Part shown: one piece after another, positions 35,706-39,630 of the stretch
Numbering within the stretch: position 1 is the first letter of the stretch
How the letters are laid out: every line of letters starts with the position of its first letter
From: an uncultured Dehalococcoidales bacterium
Lineage (GTDB): Bacteria; Chloroflexota; Dehalococcoidia; Dehalococcoidales; BS750m-G39
NCBI GenBank assembly: GCA_964587415.1
Contig: CAZPLG010000001.1
Span: forward strand, 1-39,630
Length of the DNA stretch: 39,630 bases
Direction of reading: 5' to 3'
Notes under the pieces: model-generated
The model's input: the letters and a program-made list of their open reading frames with translations, nothing else
The model's database searches: none
Told to the model about the DNA's origin: nothing
Made by a program: the position numbers and the translations under genes

Positions 35706-35870
35706 CCCGACCACCCACACCGATTTTATCTATTCCCACCCGCCGCCCTTTTAAGGTAAAGAGGGGCTACGCCCCTCTTAAACACCCCCAAAGGGGGGGC
35801 GGGGTGGGGGCGTAACCCCCAGGTTAAGGAGTTTACTCATTAGGGCGGGCTGGGGTGGGACAAAAAACCC
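35706..35870. repeat. Copy 5 of the dispersed mosaic repeat
   Basis: ccgattttatctattCCCACCCGCCGCCC is the reverse complement of 12595-12623. tacgcccctcttaaacacccccaaaggg is shared with 29328-29370. Right arm ccaggttaaggagtttactcattaGGGCGGGCTGGGGTGGG (35819-35859). Confidence 0.85.
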
Positions 35871-37246
35871 TGGGGTGGCGGAGGCCCGTCCAGCCACTTA
35901 TCGCTTTTCCGTTGTTTGCGGTACTCCCGGTAGGTAACGGAAAAGGCCACTATAAAGCTGAGAGCGTCCGAAATCGGCAGCGACAACCAGACCCCGTTCA
36001 GCCCCAGCAGGTAACGCAAGAGGTATAACAGGGGAATGAAGAAGATAAGCTGGCGCACCAGCGACAGAATCAGGGCCATCATGCCCCTGGACAGCCCCTG
36101 AAAGGTGGTGACGAACATAACGCTCGGCCCGATGAGGAACATGGTGCAGAGCATGATGCGCATGGCCGGCACCGTAACCGCCAGCAACTCCGGATCATCG
36201 CTGAAGATACCAATTATCTGGGGAGCGAAAATCTCGATACACACGACCCCCACGCCGAGCACCAGCGCAATGCTCACCGAGGCTAATTTAACCGCCCTCC
36301 ACAGGCGCTTGAGGTAACCGGCGCCGAAATTAAAGCCGATAATAGGCAACAGCCCGTCGGACAGCCCGAAGACGGGCATAAAAGCTAGGTCGGTAACGCG
36401 CATCGCCAGGCCCACGGCGGCGATGGATATAGACCCGAAGGAAGACACCACTATGTTGAACAGGATAAAGCACAGGCTCTCCGTCACCTGCAGTATGGTC
36501 GAGGGAGCGCCGACGCGGTAAATATCCTTCAATATGGACATATTGGGCTTGAGGTTGGCGAATTTTATCCGGTAAGCCGTCCGGTGGCCCAGCAGGAAAT
36601 AAAGGGCGATAGCCGCCCCGAACGACTGCGCGATAATCGTCGCCAGCGCCGCTCCGCGGACACCCATCTCCGGGAAGGGCCCCAGGCCGAGAATCATAAA
36701 GGGATCCAGAATGATGTTGATAACGCTGGCGGTTATCATGATAACCATCGGTTTGACGGCATCGCCCGAACCGCGGATAAGGCTGCTGGTCACCAGGGCG
36801 AAGATTATCTGCGGAGCTCCGAAAACAACGATAGTCAGATACTGGGTGCCGTATTCCATGATATCCGGCGTGGCGCCGAAGGCGGTCAGGATAGTCTGCG
36901 AGAAGAAAGCGGCCACCGTCATGAAGAGGAGACCCCAGAAGGCGCTCAAAAAGAATATCTGTCCGGCGACGCGGTTGGTGGCTTGGGGATTATTCTCGCC
37001 GAAGCGCCGGGAGACGAGAGCGGCAACACCGATACCGGTGCCGATTCCCATAGCCGCAAAAAGAATCTGGTAGGGAAACACTATCGTCAGTGCGGCTATA
37101 GCCCCGTGACCCAGTTTCGCCACCCAGAAGGTGTCGACGATGTTATAAAGACTGAGGGTTACGGTGGCGGCTATGCTGGGCAGGCTCAAACGGAGCAGCA
37201 GCCTGCCTAAAGGGGCATAACCCAATCTTTCGGTATATTCCTGCAT
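35840..37246 (-). CDS. MATE-family multidrug/compound efflux transporter
   Basis: 468-aa ORF, 12 hydrophobic segments, typical MATE N-terminus (LLRLSLPSIAATV). The last approx. 10 codons plus the stop codon lie inside repeat copy 5. Confidence 0.9.
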   Translation of the reverse strand: MQEYTERLGYAPLGRLLLRLSLPSIAATVTLSLYNIVDTFWVAKLGHGAIAALTIVFPYQILFAAMGIGTGIGVAALVSRRFGENNPQATNRVAGQIFFLSAFWGLLFMTVAAFFSQTILTAFGATPDIMEYGTQYLTIVVFGAPQIIFALVTSSLIRGSGDAVKPMVIMITASVINIILDPFMILGLGPFPEMGVRGAALATIIAQSFGAAIALYFLLGHRTAYRIKFANLKPNMSILKDIYRVGAPSTILQVTESLCFILFNIVVSSFGSISIAAVGLAMRVTDLAFMPVFGLSDGLLPIIGFNFGAGYLKRLWRAVKLASVSIALVLGVGVVCIEIFAPQIIGIFSDDPELLAVTVPAMRIMLCTMFLIGPSVMFVTTFQGLSRGMMALILSLVRQLIFFIPLLYLLRYLLGLNGVWLSLPISDALSFIVAFSVTYREYRKQRKSDKWLDGPPPPQGFLSHPSPP

Positions 37247-37279
37247 TAATTTCTCCTGCTAACCGGCTCAAAACCTGAG

Positions 37280-37309
37280 TGGTGGAGCTGAGGGGACTCG
37301 CATCCTCGG
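37280..37309 (-). repeat. tmRNA/tRNA-Ala-type 3-prime-end remnant (direct repeat 1, with degenerate T-arm)
   Basis: The minus strand reads ..gaggatgcgagtcccctCAGCTCCACCA. That is an acceptor 3-prime strand CAGCTCC, discriminator A and CCA. No matching 5-prime acceptor or D/anticodon arms. Confidence 0.55.
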
Positions 37310-37350
37310 TTGGGTCGGGGGTAAAGGCGGTAGAGGACGAGAGGGTGGGG

Positions 37351-37365
37351 TGGTGGAGCTGGGGG
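37351..37365 (-). repeat. tmRNA/tRNA-Ala-type 3-prime-end remnant (direct repeat 2)
   Basis: The minus strand reads cccccCAGCTCCACCA. 15/16 identical to 37280-37295. G+C drops immediately to the right. Confidence 0.55.
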
Positions 37366-37516
37366 TACAATAGGCAGAACTTTTGAGCTGACCTTTAGTC
37401 TGACTATGTGATGCCCTGACTCACATCAAGCGTTATTGTATCAGTTAGCTACCGGGATACGCAATCGGTAACTAACAATCCGCCCAAATGTTTGCTTATA
37501 AGGATGGCACTGTTGT

Positions 37517-38341
37517 CTATATTGGCAAGCCTAGCCAGTCAAAGACACCAATCATCTTCAGCCCCATGTAGAACATGACTGCAATAAAAATCCACCGAAG
37601 CTGCTTTGCCGGAAGTTTATGAGCTGTTGTAGCACCCACCTGTGCCATGCCAACACTGGTGATTGCCAGTGCCAGCCATGACCAGATGTGCACATAGCCA
37701 ATATGAGGAGATGGAATGCCAGCAATCCCGATACCATTCACTATATACCCGATAAGTCCCCCTAGACTAGTAAGAATCATCATAGCGGTGGAAGTGCCCA
37801 CTGCCTGGTGCATCTTGAACTTTAGCGCTAATACCATTACTGGAACCATCAGCACTCCACCACCAATCCCGATAAGACCGGTGATAATGCCTAGTGGTAG
37901 TCCCCAAGCGACCCAAAGCCAAGGATTATCCTTGGGTTCCTCAATAACCTTAGGCGGCTTAGCAGTTAGCATCCTGATGCCACCAGCAAGTATTGCTGCC
38001 CCGAAGACAATCTTTAGTATTGAGCCCGAGATATGGGCAGCGGCGGTAGCTCCTCCGTAAGCCCCGACAAGTCCACATCCTCCTAAAATTACAGCTGCCT
38101 TCCACCACACTGCACCCTTACGCTGATGTCCCCAAGCACCGCTCATCGCTGTTGGTAGGACAACGAATAGGTTAGTGCCAAAAGCCACCCTGATGGCAAT
38201 ATCTGCTGGGATACCCATAGCGGTGTAGACCCAGAACTGAACCGGTATCATAATAAAGCAACCACCTACTCCCAGTAAGCCACTGGCAAAGCCGACTACA
38301 ATTCCGGTTGCCAGTAAGGCGACAATATATCCTAATTCCAT
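37517..38341 (-). CDS. TauE/SafE (DUF81) family anion/sulfite exporter-like membrane protein
   Basis: 274-aa ORF. 7-8 TM segments with duplicated GxGGG motifs (LLGVGGC, LIGIGGGV). Lower G+C than the core region. Confidence 0.85.
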   Translation of the reverse strand: MELGYIVALLATGIVVGFASGLLGVGGCFIMIPVQFWVYTAMGIPADIAIRVAFGTNLFVVLPTAMSGAWGHQRKGAVWWKAAVILGGCGLVGAYGGATAAAHISGSILKIVFGAAILAGGIRMLTAKPPKVIEEPKDNPWLWVAWGLPLGIITGLIGIGGGVLMVPVMVLALKFKMHQAVGTSTAMMILTSLGGLIGYIVNGIGIAGIPSPHIGYVHIWSWLALAITSVGMAQVGATTAHKLPAKQLRWIFIAVMFYMGLKMIGVFDWLGLPI

Positions 38342-38383
38342 TTTCTTCTCATTTTTCTTCTGCGATGATGTAAAACCTGAATC

Positions 38384-38758
38384 TCACGCTTTAAGAACTT
38401 TTTTCTCTTGATTAACCTTTACCGGACCTACTCTTACCGCCTTTTTCAGGCGTTCAAGGTCAAGGGCCACTTGCTCGCTACCATTAAGAGCATCTTTAAC
38501 AGTCCTTACAAGAGTCGCGTAATATTTCTCTGCGTCCTGCAAATCAATAAAATGAACTGTCCAGAGCCCGTCTCTCTTTGATTTGACGAAACCAGCATTC
38601 TCAAGGATACCGAGGTTGCGTGAGGAACGGGATTGCGATATATCCAGTGCCTGCATAATCTCGCAAACGCAGCACTCTCTCTCCATCAAGACTCGCAGTA
38701 TCCTGAGCCTAGTTTCATCGGAGAGGGCTTTTATCGCCCTAACTAAGCTACGCATCAT
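38384..38758 (-). CDS. ArsR/SmtB-family metal(loid)-responsive transcriptional regulator
   Basis: ALSDETRLRILRVL wHTH and ECCVCEI (CVC metal site). The ORF is open from 38800, but ATGATG at 38758/38755 follows GGAGG by 4/7 nt. Upstream is TATAAT overlapping a 10-bp palindrome tataattata (38776-38785). Confidence 0.85.
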   Translation of the reverse strand: MMRSLVRAIKALSDETRLRILRVLMERECCVCEIMQALDISQSRSSRNLGILENAGFVKSKRDGLWTVHFIDLQDAEKYYATLVRTVKDALNGSEQVALDLERLKKAVRVGPVKVNQEKKVLKA

Positions 38759-38982
38759 GAAACCTCCAAAGACATTATAATTATATGCACTTTTCCACAT
38801 ATAGAATACCGACTTTGGAGAGACTCGTCAACTAGCGAGATAGGGAACTTTAACGGAAGGGAATTGATTAAATTACAGCAGAGACCGGTTGCACATTCCG
38901 CTATTTTGTTACCCTTTCGGTTCCGAAAAGGGATTATTGCAAAAAAGAGCCAGCGAGGTGTAAGGAGAGCGGAATAGAGCTG

Positions 38983-39522
38983 CTAAATTAAGCCCAACTG
39001 CTTAAGCTTGATGCACATTGCTGATTTTGGAACAGCAAAGATTTCCGCCATCCTGTCCAAATCCTCAACCTCTGCCCACTTTTCCTCTACCCATTTCCTG
39101 GGCATCAGGACACAGCCAGAGAAGTGGTCAGCCAGCCACTCGTTGAAGGAACCAAAAATACTTCCCCTTTTCCTGAACATAGGGATAGTTCGGCAGTGGG
39201 CTAAGACATGGAAGGCCTCGTGGAAGATAGTGAACCGCTTTGTAGGAGTGGCATCACTGTCCTTAATTTGTATTACCCATTCACTTTTGTGATACCAGAT
39301 AGCACCATGATAGGCCTTTAGTGGTAGTTGACAAACTTCTACATTATGCTCTTGGTCAAACAGTATAACAAGCTCTGTTGGAACCGGCGGGCAGAGAACT
39401 CCTCCCTTTTTAAGATACGTTCCCGCCAGTGTTTCCAGCAATCGAACAAGCTGACACTGTTTGCCAGCTTCGGCTTCTATAAAATCGCAGTCATGAGGGT
39501 TAAAACACTTCTCATCAAGCAA
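38983..39522 (-). CDS. ImmA/IrrE-family (COG2856) zinc metallopeptidase
   Basis: 179-aa ORF, TTG start. HEXXH in FTIFHEAFHVLAH, downstream EWLADHFSGCVLMP and C-terminal KLKQLGLI typical of ImmA/IrrE. Cys-rich N-terminus. Confidence 0.8.
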   Translation of the reverse strand: MLDEKCFNPHDCDFIEAEAGKQCQLVRLLETLAGTYLKKGGVLCPPVPTELVILFDQEHNVEVCQLPLKAYHGAIWYHKSEWVIQIKDSDATPTKRFTIFHEAFHVLAHCRTIPMFRKRGSIFGSFNEWLADHFSGCVLMPRKWVEEKWAEVEDLDRMAEIFAVPKSAMCIKLKQLGLI

Positions 39523-39527
39523 CCGGT

Positions 39528-39630
39528 TCAGGCGTTCTCTGTTGTCATCAGGACACCAGCCACCCCCCTTTCTGACTCGGCAGTGGTCACATCTACACCC
39601 TGCTCATGCAGCAGAGCGCGCACCTGGTCA
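39528..39630 (-). CDS. 3-prime end of an unidentified gene running off the window (possible partner of ImmA)
   Basis: The open minus-strand frame reads ...DQVRALLHEQGVDVTTAESERGVAGVLMTTENA*. The stop lies 5 nt before the ImmA TTG. Other frames are also open, so this is weak. Confidence 0.3.
   Translation of the reverse strand, partial: DQVRALLHEQGVDVTTAESERGVAGVLMTTENA

Noticed and set aside
37280-37365. Possible intact tRNA-Ala or tmRNA gene on the minus strand
   Set aside because: Only the 3-prime acceptor/CCA is present, plus in one copy a degenerate T-arm with a 10-nt loop. No complementary GGAGCTG 5-prime strand, D arm or anticodon arm exists. The upstream sequence runs into the TauE gene. 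I treated these as att-like remnants instead.
38912-38933. Hairpin ccctttcgg-ttc-cgaaaaggg as a terminator of the ImmA gene
   Set aside because: The stem is bulged and there is no U-tract on the minus strand after it. The evidence is insufficient to call a terminator.

Overview
High-G+C, tightly packed bacterial chromosome segment. Gene content, synteny and a Trp T-box in front of a fused aro-trp operon suggest a Chloroflexota (Dehalococcoidia-like) organism, but that assignment is inference only.

Left to right:
- thiL-tsaE-tsaB-thioesterase-HAD operon
- ndk, then convergent rsfS
- endonuclease-IV-like TIM-barrel gene
- ftsH-moaE
- minus-strand operon rsmI / small Zn-ribbon ORF / metG / tatD / polyprenyl synthase
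- GuaB3-like IMPDH
- minus-strand cluster: hypothetical protein, lipoprotein, two tandem DUF4870-like membrane proteins
- a 12.7-kb, 13-gene trpEGDCF-aroF-aroB-aroQ-aroA-aroK/E-aroC-trpBA supraoperon behind a consensus promoter and a Trp (UGG) T-box leader
- a lower-GC cupin gene
- cytoplasmic PAS histidine kinase plus NarL-type regulator, divergent from a NuoE / NuoF / truncated-NuoG module
- MATE exporter
- a visibly lower-G+C segment (TauE/SafE, ArsR, ImmA/IrrE) that starts right after two tmRNA/tRNA-3-prime-end-like direct repeats

The most striking non-genic signal is a mosaic, MITE-like repeat family in five intergenic regions. Its inverted arms are canonical G-quadruplex / i-motif sequences, each flanked by a 7-bp hairpin.

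No rRNA, intact tRNA, CRISPR array, transposase or integrase gene is visible in this window.
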